From a virus (taxonomy: Duplodnaviria > Caudoviricetes): a DNA stretch of 28,815 bases. Both the position numbers and the translations under genes were made by a program. This document shows positions 16,165 to 24,832 of the stretch, one piece after another. The stretch lies in the IMG/VR virus record IMGVR_UViG_3300013131_000188, positions 1 through 28,815 of that record. One strand, 5' to 3'. Below the pieces are notes generated by a model, which saw nothing but the letters and a program-made list of their open reading frames with translations, was not told where the DNA came from and made no database searches. Every line of letters starts with the position of its first letter. The stretch's first letter is position 1.

Positions 16165-17329
16165 TCAGATCGCTCATTATCGCGTCGTCATGGAATGGAG
16201 TAGGACTAAAGCGCAGCCGTTCAGTACCAACGGCAACAGTAGGATAATTAATCGGCTGTACATAGATGTTATAGTCCTCTAAAAGTTTATCGCTCATGAC
16301 TTTGCATTTTTTAGCTTCTCCTACTAACATAGGAACGATATGAGTGGTAGAACAAGACATCACAGGTAGTTCGTTTTCTTTTAGTAATTGTTTCAATTTA
16401 ACTGCACGTTCTTGATGTCTTACTCGTACTTCGTTATGATCCTTTAACCATTTAACTGCTGCTAAGGCACCAGCACAGGCCACAGGACTCATAGAAGTTG
16501 TAAAGATAAATCCAGCAGCTACAGAACGGATAGCATCAACGACATCAGCATCGGCGGCGATATAACCACCTTGGACTCCGTAGGCTTTTCCTAATGTGCC
16601 ATTGACTATGTCAATACGGGATTCGAGCCCCAGTTCTTCAACCTTCCCACCACCGTGGGTACCATAGAGTCCTACCGCATGTACTTCGTCTATGTAAGTT
16701 ATAGCCTGATATTTGTCTGCGAGATCACAGATTTGTTTGATAGGACTTACATCGCCATCCATGCTGTAGACTGATTCAAACACAATGCAGGGAGTGAATC
16801 CCGCCAATCTGCTATGACTTAACTTGTCTTCTAAATCTTGTAGGTCGTTGTGTTTGAAGATTTGTTTAGGTGCCCGACTATGTTGTATACCAACTATGAG
16901 GCTGTTGTGATTATTGGAATCTGAGATAAACTGTATATCGGGTATGATTTTACTTAGGGCTATGATAGTCCATTCATTGGCCACATAGGCGGAGCTAAAC
17001 AGCAATGCTCTACTTTTATTGTGCAACATTGCCAACTCATATTCTAAGGCCACATGATAATGGCTAGTGCCGCCAATATTTCGAGTACCGCCCGATCCCG
17101 AACCCGTTTGATCTAAGGCGGTGTGCATAGCATCCAAAACTACCTTGTGCTGACCCATGCCTAGATAATCATTTGAGCACCAATTAACTATAGTTTTAAT
17201 GTTGTAGGGTCCGTACCAGATAGCTTTAGGAAAATCTCCTCGTTCACGGATAATATCATTGAACACGCGATATTTCCCTGTATCCTTGAAGTCTAATATG
17301 AGTTTTTTGAAGGGTTCTTTGTTTATCAT
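16124..17329 (-). CDS. hemA: 5-aminolevulinate synthase (PLP-dependent)
   Basis: [42 protein letters not shown] lysine in [14 protein letters not shown], and INYPTV..GTERLR. Confidence 0.95.
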   Translation of the reverse strand: MINKEPFKKLILDFKDTGKYRVFNDIIRERGDFPKAIWYGPYNIKTIVNWCSNDYLGMGQHKVVLDAMHTALDQTGSGSGGTRNIGGTSHYHVALEYELAMLHNKSRALLFSSAYVANEWTIIALSKIIPDIQFISDSNNHNSLIVGIQHSRAPKQIFKHNDLQDLEDKLSHSRLAGFTPCIVFESVYSMDGDVSPIKQICDLADKYQAITYIDEVHAVGLYGTHGGGKVEELGLESRIDIVNGTLGKAYGVQGGYIAADADVVDAIRSVAAGFIFTTSMSPVACAGALAAVKWLKDHNEVRVRHQERAVKLKQLLKENELPVMSCSTTHIVPMLVGEAKKCKVMSDKLLEDYNIYVQPINYPTVAVGTERLRFSPTPFHDDAIMSDLITALKSVYHQVQV

Positions 17330-17335
17330 ATAAGG

Positions 17336-17356
17336 TATTTACCGATAAATATTTGA
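17336..17356. promoter_or_regulatory. Back-to-back late promoter boxes
   Basis: TAAATA on minus (17336-17341) and ATAAATA on plus (17345-17351). ACCGATAAATATTTGA is identical to 9153-9168. Confidence 0.7.
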
Positions 17357-17370
17357 TAGAGGATTTGACT

Positions 17371-17772
17371 ATGGCAGATATCGTACAACTAGACGTACCA
17401 CTATTCATTAGACTACTAGAATACAGTAGAGAAGAAATCAAACAAGATGCAGACATACACGATCTTGCACAGGCTGTGATTGATATGAGCAGCCAAGGCC
17501 CTATCACTATGGCAGATTATGATAAATTACTATCATTTATGCATACGCAGGGCAAACCAGCAGATGAAGAATTCGCTCCTGATGATATCCGTAGATTCCG
17601 TCAAATCGTTGATCTAGCAGATTCAGGTGAACAGACAGAATATTCTAACACACCTAAAGAAGAATATGCGGGAACAGATGCAGTGACTACAGCAGCAGGC
17701 GGTGGAGTAAATGCGCCAAAACATATCCAAGATATCAGAGGCGATAGTCTTAGAATTCATGGAGACAATTAA
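17371..17772 (+). CDS. Hypothetical phage protein
   Basis: MADIVQLDVPLFIRLLEYSRE...; GAGG RBS. Confidence 0.75.
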   Translation: MADIVQLDVPLFIRLLEYSREEIKQDADIHDLAQAVIDMSSQGPITMADYDKLLSFMHTQGKPADEEFAPDDIRRFRQIVDLADSGEQTEYSNTPKEEYAGTDAVTTAAGGGVNAPKHIQDIRGDSLRIHGDN

Positions 17773-18185
17773 TGGCCAACATAACTGTAAAATACAAAGG
17801 CCTTACAGGATCTCAGGGATCCATAGTCATTGACAATGGAGAAAGTCTTGACAGTTTGATTTCGCAGATAGCTGCTGCTGAAGGAATAACTGAAACTGAT
17901 TACTATAGGATTTCTTTGAACAGGAATTATGATATTAATGATAATGTACAGGGAGATAGTTCAAATACATTGGCGACACTAGGAGTAATCACAGGTGATG
18001 AATTTCTTTGCACACCTAAACAAGAAGGAACTAGAGAGTACAGGCAAATACAGAAACTAGATATCGCCGCCGCTAAAAGATTAGATACATATGACAGAGA
18101 TCAGTTGCCTACAAAATATGTAAACAACACAGTTGTTGATAATCCTAATGTTGGCGGACTAGTAGCAAACAGACCCTGGAATTAA
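17772..18185 (+). CDS. Ubiquitin-like (beta-grasp) domain protein with a C-terminal NPNxGGL..RPW tail
   Basis: Ungapped by-eye alignment to ubiquitin residues 1-36 (KGLTG vs KTLTG; IAAAEGI vs IQDKEGI), then YRI vs QRL and DSSNTL vs DGRTL. Confidence 0.65.
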   Translation: MANITVKYKGLTGSQGSIVIDNGESLDSLISQIAAAEGITETDYYRISLNRNYDINDNVQGDSSNTLATLGVITGDEFLCTPKQEGTREYRQIQKLDIAAAKRLDTYDRDQLPTKYVNNTVVDNPNVGGLVANRPWN

Positions 18186-18186
18186 A

Positions 18187-21057
18187 ATGCCAATCTTAAA
18201 TCCCAATAGTACAAACTACGTTCATCCGTTTGAGCCTAATCTCTCAGACCTTCATACGGCTATGGACTACCTGAACACGGGCGAACCTGCGCTGAGAGTA
18301 ATTTCTAACTTTCAAGGCAACATCGTCGTACAAGGTGATATCAATATTGATACTAATATTAATGTTGCTTCAATGCCTCCTGTTGACATCAATTCAATGC
18401 CAGAAGTCAGCGTGTTCACGGATTCCGGCAACACGCTGGCCATACAGGGCACAGTGACCATTGACAACACCTGTCTGGCAGTAGAAAACTGTTTCGGCAC
18501 ATCGCTGAAGATAGAAGGTCTTGTGGGGCTCATCTCAGGTGAAGATCCTGTGAGCCTTACCAATCCCTTGCCGGTGTCATTGGGCGATGTCTGTATCTCA
18601 GTGCAGAATTGTGGCACGGATGGAGTGTTAAATGTCAGTGGTGCTATCACAGTAGAAGGTGTGGCTGTCACTTTAGAAAATCCATTCCCTGTAGATCTCC
18701 GCAACACCTGCATAGGTGTAGAAAATTGTGAAGGTACTATATTAGATGTAAACATCACCAATACCTGTTTAGAGATACAGAACTGCGGCGAAGGCAGTCT
18801 CAGTATCTACGGCAACGTGGGACTGCTGGTAGGAGGACAACCTCTAGCCACGGGCAATCCCATACCAGTAGACATCACAGACACCTGCCTCAAGGTCATG
18901 AACTGCGATGATACCAGATTGAACGTCAATGCTAATTCTATAATCCTTGTCAACGAATTGCCTGTGGCGGGCGGCAATCCTTTACCAGTGATATTTCCAG
19001 AAGGTACATGCATACCTGTTACGAACTGCGGTGAAGATGGGGTGTTAAGTGTTTCTGGAAATATCACCGTAGAAGGTGTGGCTGTCACCGTAGAGAATCC
19101 ATTCCCCGTAGACCTGCGCAACACCTGTATAGGTGTGCAGAACTGCGAAGGCGACATATTAGATGTAAACATCACCAATACCTGTTTAGAAATACAGAAC
19201 TGCGGCGAAGGCAGCCTCTCCGTCAACGGTATCGTGCAGATACAGCACGGAGAATTTCCAGTAGATTTGGGCAATCCCCTGTCTGTGAATATCATGAACA
19301 CCTGCCTTGGGGTACAGAACTGCGAAGGCACGGTTCTCCAGGTAACTGGAGATATTGTTATCACTACAGGAGATTCTACACCGATCAGCGATGAAAATCC
19401 CCTGCCAACTCTGCTGCGTAATACCTGTCTCAATGTACAGAACTGTGAAGGCACCAGCCTAGAAGTAAAACTCACTGATGGTTTAAACGACATTGGTTTA
19501 GTGCTGAATGACAACGATGGTCAAGATGATAACACTTGGTCGGTGCCCGTGGAAAACTTCAACATGATATGGAATGGTGAGAGTTGGGATCGCATGCCGG
19601 GTAACGCTGTGAGCGGAGTACTGGTAAACATATCAAATAGTTGTTTAAATGTGGCTAACTGCGCAGACACAGTGCTGAACGTGGCAGGTGATATGAATCT
19701 GCTGATCAACGGCAGCGAAGTCACCGCAGACAATCCCGTGCCAGTCGCATTTCCAAACTGCGTTTCAGTGCAGAACTGTGGAGAAGGCAGTCTCAGTATC
19801 TACGGCAACGTAGGATTAGAATATGATGGACAGGTCGTCAGCGATGAACATCCTTTGCCTGTCACAGGCACATTTGAAATTGGCGGTACTAATCTAGATG
19901 CGTTCGCTCGCCTGCGTGTGAGCAATCCTTTCACACTGTTTGATGGTGCTCTGCGATACAGAGACGATCCCTTCAAGTGGAGCCAGTCTACCAGTGGTGG
20001 CGGTAGCAGCATAACATTTAACACCAATACCAGCACGATCACGATGAACTGTGTAGGAGCAGGAACCTGCGTGAGAGAAAGCAAACGTGTGTTCAGTTAT
20101 CAGCCTGGCAAGAGCCTGCTGATCATGGCCACTTTCGTTATGATGACTCCCACCGTGGGCGTACAGCAGCGTGTGGGATTCTTTGGCGCACAGAACGGCG
20201 TGTATTTTGAAGCCAATGACGCAGTCCTGTATATGGTCATACGCAAGTACACCGGCGGTATAGTAGACGACAATTCAGAAAAAGTCTCACAGGCCAACTG
20301 GAACGGAGACAAGCTCAACGGCACGGGCCCCAGCGGTATCACACTGAATGTCAGCAAGGCACAGATATGGTGGTGCGACATAGAATGGCTGGGAGTGGGA
20401 TCAGTGCGCTGTGGTTTCATCATAGGTGGTGAATTCATAGTCTGCCATACCTTCCATCACGCTAATGTCTTGGCTTTGGTCTATATGACCACTGCTACGC
20501 TGCCCGTGCGCTATGAACTCACCGTGGTAGAAGAAGGAATCGCTAGCATGCAGGCCATATGTTCAACAGTGATCTCAGAAGGTGGTTATGTGAATCGCAG
20601 CCTGCCCAGAGCAGTGGGCACATCACTGACCGGAAAAAACCTAACAGATACTGCGTATCGTCCTTTGGTGTGCATCAGGCTGAAGAGCACCAATCTAGAT
20701 GCTGTGGTGGTGCCCTCAAAGTTTGAAGTGTATGGCTTACAGAATCAACCATTTTCATATAGGATCATATTGAATCCTACACTGACCAACGACAGTTGGA
20801 ATTCCGCAGGCACGGACAGTTCCGTGGAGTATGACATAGCCGCTACAGCATTGGCCGGAGGTACGGTGATAGATCAAGGTGTGTTTGTGGGCTCCAACAA
20901 GGGAGGCAGCGCCACTATCACTAGCACAGAAGTAGATTTCGCACAGCAGTTGGGCAGGACCTTAGCGGGAGTGTCAGACATATGGTGCCTAGCAGCCATG
21001 GCCACTTCTAACAACGATGATGCCATAGGTGTAGTCAGTTGGCAGGAGCATGCATAA
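18187..21057 (+). CDS. Large virion structural protein with 12 C-x4-N-C repeats
   Basis: 956 aa; NP(L/F)PV plus CxxxxNC repeats; C-terminal DAFARLRVSNPFTLFD...YQPGKS...WLGVGSVRCGF domain seen in phage structural proteins. Confidence 0.75.
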   Translation: MPILNPNSTNYVHPFEPNLSDLHTAMDYLNTGEPALRVISNFQGNIVVQGDINIDTNINVASMPPVDINSMPEVSVFTDSGNTLAIQGTVTIDNTCLAVENCFGTSLKIEGLVGLISGEDPVSLTNPLPVSLGDVCISVQNCGTDGVLNVSGAITVEGVAVTLENPFPVDLRNTCIGVENCEGTILDVNITNTCLEIQNCGEGSLSIYGNVGLLVGGQPLATGNPIPVDITDTCLKVMNCDDTRLNVNANSIILVNELPVAGGNPLPVIFPEGTCIPVTNCGEDGVLSVSGNITVEGVAVTVENPFPVDLRNTCIGVQNCEGDILDVNITNTCLEIQNCGEGSLSVNGIVQIQHGEFPVDLGNPLSVNIMNTCLGVQNCEGTVLQVTGDIVITTGDSTPISDENPLPTLLRNTCLNVQNCEGTSLEVKLTDGLNDIGLVLNDNDGQDDNTWSVPVENFNMIWNGESWDRMPGNAVSGVLVNISNSCLNVANCADTVLNVAGDMNLLINGSEVTADNPVPVAFPNCVSVQNCGEGSLSIYGNVGLEYDGQVVSDEHPLPVTGTFEIGGTNLDAFARLRVSNPFTLFDGALRYRDDPFKWSQSTSGGGSSITFNTNTSTITMNCVGAGTCVRESKRVFSYQPGKSLLIMATFVMMTPTVGVQQRVGFFGAQNGVYFEANDAVLYMVIRKYTGGIVDDNSEKVSQANWNGDKLNGTGPSGITLNVSKAQIWWCDIEWLGVGSVRCGFIIGGEFIVCHTFHHANVLALVYMTTATLPVRYELTVVEEGIASMQAICSTVISEGGYVNRSLPRAVGTSLTGKNLTDTAYRPLVCIRLKSTNLDAVVVPSKFEVYGLQNQPFSYRIILNPTLTNDSWNSAGTDSSVEYDIAATALAGGTVIDQGVFVGSNKGGSATITSTEVDFAQQLGRTLAGVSDIWCLAAMATSNNDDAIGVVSWQEHA
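18646..19218 (+). repeat. Intragenic duplication, 417-bp offset
   Basis: About 155-bp near-identical blocks at ~18646-18801 and ~19063-19218 (ITVEGVAVT...NCGEGSL). Confidence 0.85.
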
Positions 21058-21476
21058 TGAGAAAATACATACAGATACTGGAAGCGGCTAACAAGGGCTG
21101 TCCCGTCGCCACCTACGATATAGATGTTAACTTAAAGAACAGACAGAAGGCTATAGACGAATATCACTACGGTCCTGCTAATCCCGATGAGCCAGAATCA
21201 TATTGGAAGGCAGCGGCAAAACGATGGGGCATCACAGAGAAGACTGCTCGCACAATGAAGTGCGGAAACTGTGCTGCTTTTGATGTGTCAGACAAGATGT
21301 GGAAGTGTATAGAAGATGGCATCAAGGGAGACAGCAAGGAAACTGATGCAATGGCAACTATTCATAAGGCAGACTTAGGCTACTGTAATTTCTTACATTT
21401 CAAATGCGCAGGCAGTAGATCGTGTACCGCTTTCGTAACAGGCGGTGCTATTGATGACAAGGATCGCACAGAATAA
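21057..21476 (+). CDS. Cys-rich conserved phage protein
   Basis: Start MRKYIQILE (TAATG coupling); CP.AT, CGNCAAF and GYCNFLHFKCAGSRSC motifs. Confidence 0.75.
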   Translation: MRKYIQILEAANKGCPVATYDIDVNLKNRQKAIDEYHYGPANPDEPESYWKAAAKRWGITEKTARTMKCGNCAAFDVSDKMWKCIEDGIKGDSKETDAMATIHKADLGYCNFLHFKCAGSRSCTAFVTGGAIDDKDRTE

Positions 21477-21496
21477 TCTATAAGGAGGAGCGAAAA

Positions 21497-21673
21497 ATGA
21501 ATAATATCGTGGATGATAACGATCTATACTTTAGATTAAAAGGCAACTGTGAATACTGTCATCATTTAGCACATTGCCATCATTCTTGTTTAGATGAAGC
21601 TTGCGACCATTGTACAGAATGTGGTTGTTTGACCTGTAAATTAGAAACAGAAAAGAATCTAGGATACAATTAA
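21497..21673 (+). CDS. Metallothionein-like Cys/His-rich peptide (58 aa)
   Basis: Not in the ORF track; strong RBS AGGAGGAG; CEYCHHLAHCHHSCLDEACDHCTECGCLTC (9 Cys, 6 His). Confidence 0.75.
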   Translation: MNNIVDDNDLYFRLKGNCEYCHHLAHCHHSCLDEACDHCTECGCLTCKLETEKNLGYN

Positions 21674-21674
21674 A

Positions 21675-22298
21675 ATGTTCCAAAGGCATGAAGTTCACCT
21701 CATGTCAAATCCATCTTGTGTAAAAAAAATAGAAAATCTAGCAGCTGAAGATTTTCGTTATTATGACAAGGACGGATTTGAATTAAATTTTGCAGAGCAA
21801 AAATTTTATGCCGCCATGGGATTTCCTATTTGGTACGATTGTCTAAATCATCACTGTTGGCAAGAACCTTGGTTCTATCTCGATGATAATCTACAAGGAT
21901 TGATTTTAGATCATAGCTTATTTCTATGTCGTTGTAATTACGAAAAAGAAGCAGCAGAACAACTTAAAGATCTCAAACCTAACATACCAACAGCTGATTT
22001 GTTGTTAAGAACAAAAAGAAAATGGGGATTTGATTTTGCTCTTGATGCTGTAGCAAGCGACGGTACCGTGTACGAAGTGCTACATATCGAATATGATCAC
22101 TATGACTATGAGCAATTTAAAAACAAATTCATTCATTTTGAATGGACTGTTAGACATACAGATTGGCAAGATGTTGCTAAACGTATCTGGGAAAAAAAGT
22201 CCGAGTGGGAAAATCTCAGAGGATTTGAACAAAATAATTGGAAATCAAACTATCTTTTAGGATGGTGCAAATCTGAATTTACTGAAAAATCAATATAA
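21675..22298 (+). CDS. Hypothetical phage protein
   Basis: 207 aa; YYDKDGFEL...KWGFDFALD. Confidence 0.75.
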   Translation: MFQRHEVHLMSNPSCVKKIENLAAEDFRYYDKDGFELNFAEQKFYAAMGFPIWYDCLNHHCWQEPWFYLDDNLQGLILDHSLFLCRCNYEKEAAEQLKDLKPNIPTADLLLRTKRKWGFDFALDAVASDGTVYEVLHIEYDHYDYEQFKNKFIHFEWTVRHTDWQDVAKRIWEKKSEWENLRGFEQNNWKSNYLLGWCKSEFTEKSI

Positions 22299-22301
22299 AT
22301 A
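22294..22301 (+). promoter_or_regulatory. T4-late consensus promoter TATAAATA
   Basis: Exact T4 late box 19 nt upstream of the thermonuclease ATG. Confidence 0.7.
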
Positions 22302-22320
22302 TAGGTTATAAGGATCGAAC

Positions 22321-22755
22321 ATGAAAAAACTACTTTTATTATTCTTAGTTGTTCCGATGCTAGCATTTGCACAAAAGCAGCCCAAAGGTATTACTTATGA
22401 TGCACAAATTTTACGAGTGAGTGATGGCGATACTATTGTTATCGCCGCTCCCTTTTTACCACAGCCACTTAAACCTGAGCTTGCCGTCCGAATTTACGGC
22501 GTCGACACCCCAGAAAAAGGTCACAGAGCCCAGTGTGCCAGTGAAGCCCAGCGAGGTGAAGCTGCCTCCGCTTTTACCAAAAATCTCGTGTCAAAGGGAC
22601 AACAATTTCAGGTTACTCTGTACGGTTGGGATAAATTTGGCGGTAGAGTTTTAGGGGATATCATTGTTAACGGACAAAGTGTGCGTCAGGCATTAATAGC
22701 CAACGGTTTCGCACGTGAATACTATGGTGAGGCAAAACAAAGCTGGTGTAACTAA
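22321..22755 (+). CDS. Thermonuclease (SNase family) with a signal peptide
   Basis: MKKLLLLFLVVPMLAFA signal; RVSDGDTI, VRIYGVDTPE, DKFGGRVLG and NGFAREY motifs. Confidence 0.92.
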   Translation: MKKLLLLFLVVPMLAFAQKQPKGITYDAQILRVSDGDTIVIAAPFLPQPLKPELAVRIYGVDTPEKGHRAQCASEAQRGEAASAFTKNLVSKGQQFQVTLYGWDKFGGRVLGDIIVNGQSVRQALIANGFAREYYGEAKQSWCN

Positions 22756-22756
22756 T

Positions 22757-23626
22757 ATGCAAACTAACGGTTATAAAATTTTCGCAGATCTATTAGAAAG
22801 CTATGTTGACGAAGCTTCTACTTCTTTGAGCCTTATCTCTGGTACGCCCGGTGGTCAAGAAGTAGTTAAGTATCTACATAAAGATATGAAGTTGGCTCAT
22901 AATCAAGATTATAGACAGGTAGATAAAATTTCTTGGAGTGAACTCAAAGAGCCTTATCGCGGTAGCTGGGTGATCATCGTAGGATCAAAAGGCACAGGTG
23001 CTATCAGATCTCGCAGGGATACCTACGATGCTGTCAGCAGCACAGGCGGATCTGTTGAAAACACATCAGACAGCAGAGGGGGTAATATCCTAGACTTCCT
23101 CAAAATCAATATCGGCAAATTGCAGAAGTTCTATGTTGGGCGTAATACATCTTCTGTGGACGATACACAACAGAAACGTCGTGATGCCAAAGCAGGCATA
23201 GAATCAAAGATGGATCAAGAGATGTTGATGAAGAAATTCAAACCTCTATGGACCAAAGCCATACAAGCTGCTATAGCAGACATCAAAGGTCATATTGCCA
23301 ATCAGATAAAGAACGATGCTTTTGACAAAGCCAAACGTAAACTATCTCAGGTAGAAATCCTACAACAGGCATTAGAATCGTTAGAAAACAGTACAGCGGC
23401 TGATACGCCTGGATCAGTGAGATCCGCTATCAATATAGCAGTGTTGATGGCAGCTAGCAATCATTATCCGGAACAGACTGGATCAATCACCAGAGGGTAC
23501 AGCAGCAGTTATAGCGCACAGAATAGTGAAGGTCCGCAACAATTATTAAAAGATCTAGCCAACGGCGATCAAAGGAAACTCAGTACCGTGTTAGGATTCT
23601 TTAAAAGGGCATTGATCACAGGATGA
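22757..23626 (+). CDS. Hypothetical phage protein
   Basis: Start re-called to MQTNGY; 289 aa with a helical C-half. Confidence 0.75.
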   Translation: MQTNGYKIFADLLESYVDEASTSLSLISGTPGGQEVVKYLHKDMKLAHNQDYRQVDKISWSELKEPYRGSWVIIVGSKGTGAIRSRRDTYDAVSSTGGSVENTSDSRGGNILDFLKINIGKLQKFYVGRNTSSVDDTQQKRRDAKAGIESKMDQEMLMKKFKPLWTKAIQAAIADIKGHIANQIKNDAFDKAKRKLSQVEILQQALESLENSTAADTPGSVRSAINIAVLMAASNHYPEQTGSITRGYSSSYSAQNSEGPQQLLKDLANGDQRKLSTVLGFFKRALITG

Positions 23627-24738
23627 AACTAAATCAAATTGTTCTTGAAGCTAACATGGCAGTTAAACTCAAAGATCCCAAAACAATCAAGATGTTAGGT
23701 ATCGCTATGCGCCATGACCATACTCTGCCAAAGAACAAGGTGGCAGCTATGGGAACCAAACCCACAGATGAAGATATCATTAAACTGTGGAGTGAAGTGT
23801 TAGATGACAGTCTTAGAAGCACAGACTACGGTGATATTTCTGCAGATGGTAAGTTTGATGATTGGCTCACTCGCCTGTATGTCAACGGCAATGTAGACTA
23901 TGAAGATATCAACGGCGAAGGTGGTGATGCACTAGGAGCTTGGAAGGCACTGAGCATCCGCGGCAAACTTAAAGAACCGCATCAAGACTTTAATAAATTT
24001 AAAAACCTGCGTCAAATACAGAGTATAATACAGAGTAGAGAATATAGAGATGAGCTACAGCGTATCAAAGACGCAGAAGTCATAGAAAAACACAAGCGTG
24101 AAAAGAAAGAAATCACCATAGTCGATGATGAACGATTCCTAGTAGTGGTTCCTTTCAATTACGGTAGCTGTTATACATTCAATAACTCAGCAGGATTCCA
24201 AGCATCCTTCTGTACAGGTTCTAGTTCCGGCGCTACGTGGTTCGAACGCTACGCACCAGATGGTCCTATCATCAGCGTCATAGACAAAGACAATGCAGAT
24301 GATGTTAACGGTAAATGGCAGATCCATGCCCCAACAGATCAAATCAACAACGGTAATCAAACAGTGAGAAAGGACAGTGTGTTCGCTGAACTATTTCCCG
24401 GATTGATGAAAAAGATTGTAGCAGGGTTGAAAGCCAATGCAGGAGAAATCGCAGCGGCCAGCAAAGAAATAGCTCGCGGTGGCTATGATGTCAATGCAGC
24501 GATATCTGATTTAAAACAAAAATTTCCTTTGTCTTTTGCGTCTGGCGAAGAAAAGAAGAAAGATAATGAATTGGAACAGGATGCCAATGACGGTCCAGGA
24601 ACTTATCTAGTGACACAATTAGCATCAGGCAAGACTGCACGTATCGAAGGCGAAAGTCGAGCTGATGTTCTAAATAAACTAACCACACGCTATCCTGATA
24701 GTACAGAAGCAGACTACACTATCGAGAAGCAAAACTAA
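23623..24738 (+). CDS. Hypothetical phage protein
   Basis: 371 aa; ATGA coupled; FCTG....WFERY..DGP motif, possibly PcfJ-like. Confidence 0.75.
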   Translation: MKLNQIVLEANMAVKLKDPKTIKMLGIAMRHDHTLPKNKVAAMGTKPTDEDIIKLWSEVLDDSLRSTDYGDISADGKFDDWLTRLYVNGNVDYEDINGEGGDALGAWKALSIRGKLKEPHQDFNKFKNLRQIQSIIQSREYRDELQRIKDAEVIEKHKREKKEITIVDDERFLVVVPFNYGSCYTFNNSAGFQASFCTGSSSGATWFERYAPDGPIISVIDKDNADDVNGKWQIHAPTDQINNGNQTVRKDSVFAELFPGLMKKIVAGLKANAGEIAAASKEIARGGYDVNAAISDLKQKFPLSFASGEEKKKDNELEQDANDGPGTYLVTQLASGKTARIEGESRADVLNKLTTRYPDSTEADYTIEKQN

Positions 24739-24832
24739 CACACCTTAGGACCCGTTTAATTACGGTGTGTGTGCCCGGCTGCTGGGCGAGAATGATAGTA
24801 GGAGTCGTGCCCGAGCACATTCTCGAGTGAGC
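24738..24832 (+). ncRNA. Candidate structured RNA, family not identified
   Basis: GC-rich intergenic stretch with stems ACACAC/GTGTGT, CCGT/ACGG, GCCC/GGGC and GAGAATG/CATTCTC, plus possible pseudoknots. Confidence 0.55.

Noticed and set aside
18646-19218. Near-identical blocks considered as DGR or inversion cassettes
   Set aside because: They are in direct orientation with mostly synonymous differences, consistent with an ordinary intragenic duplication
18312-20438. Long antisense ORFs opposite the repeat-rich structural genes (also 4967-7354)
   Set aside because: They are an expected by-product of codon bias in Thr/Gly/Val-rich genes and have no expression signals
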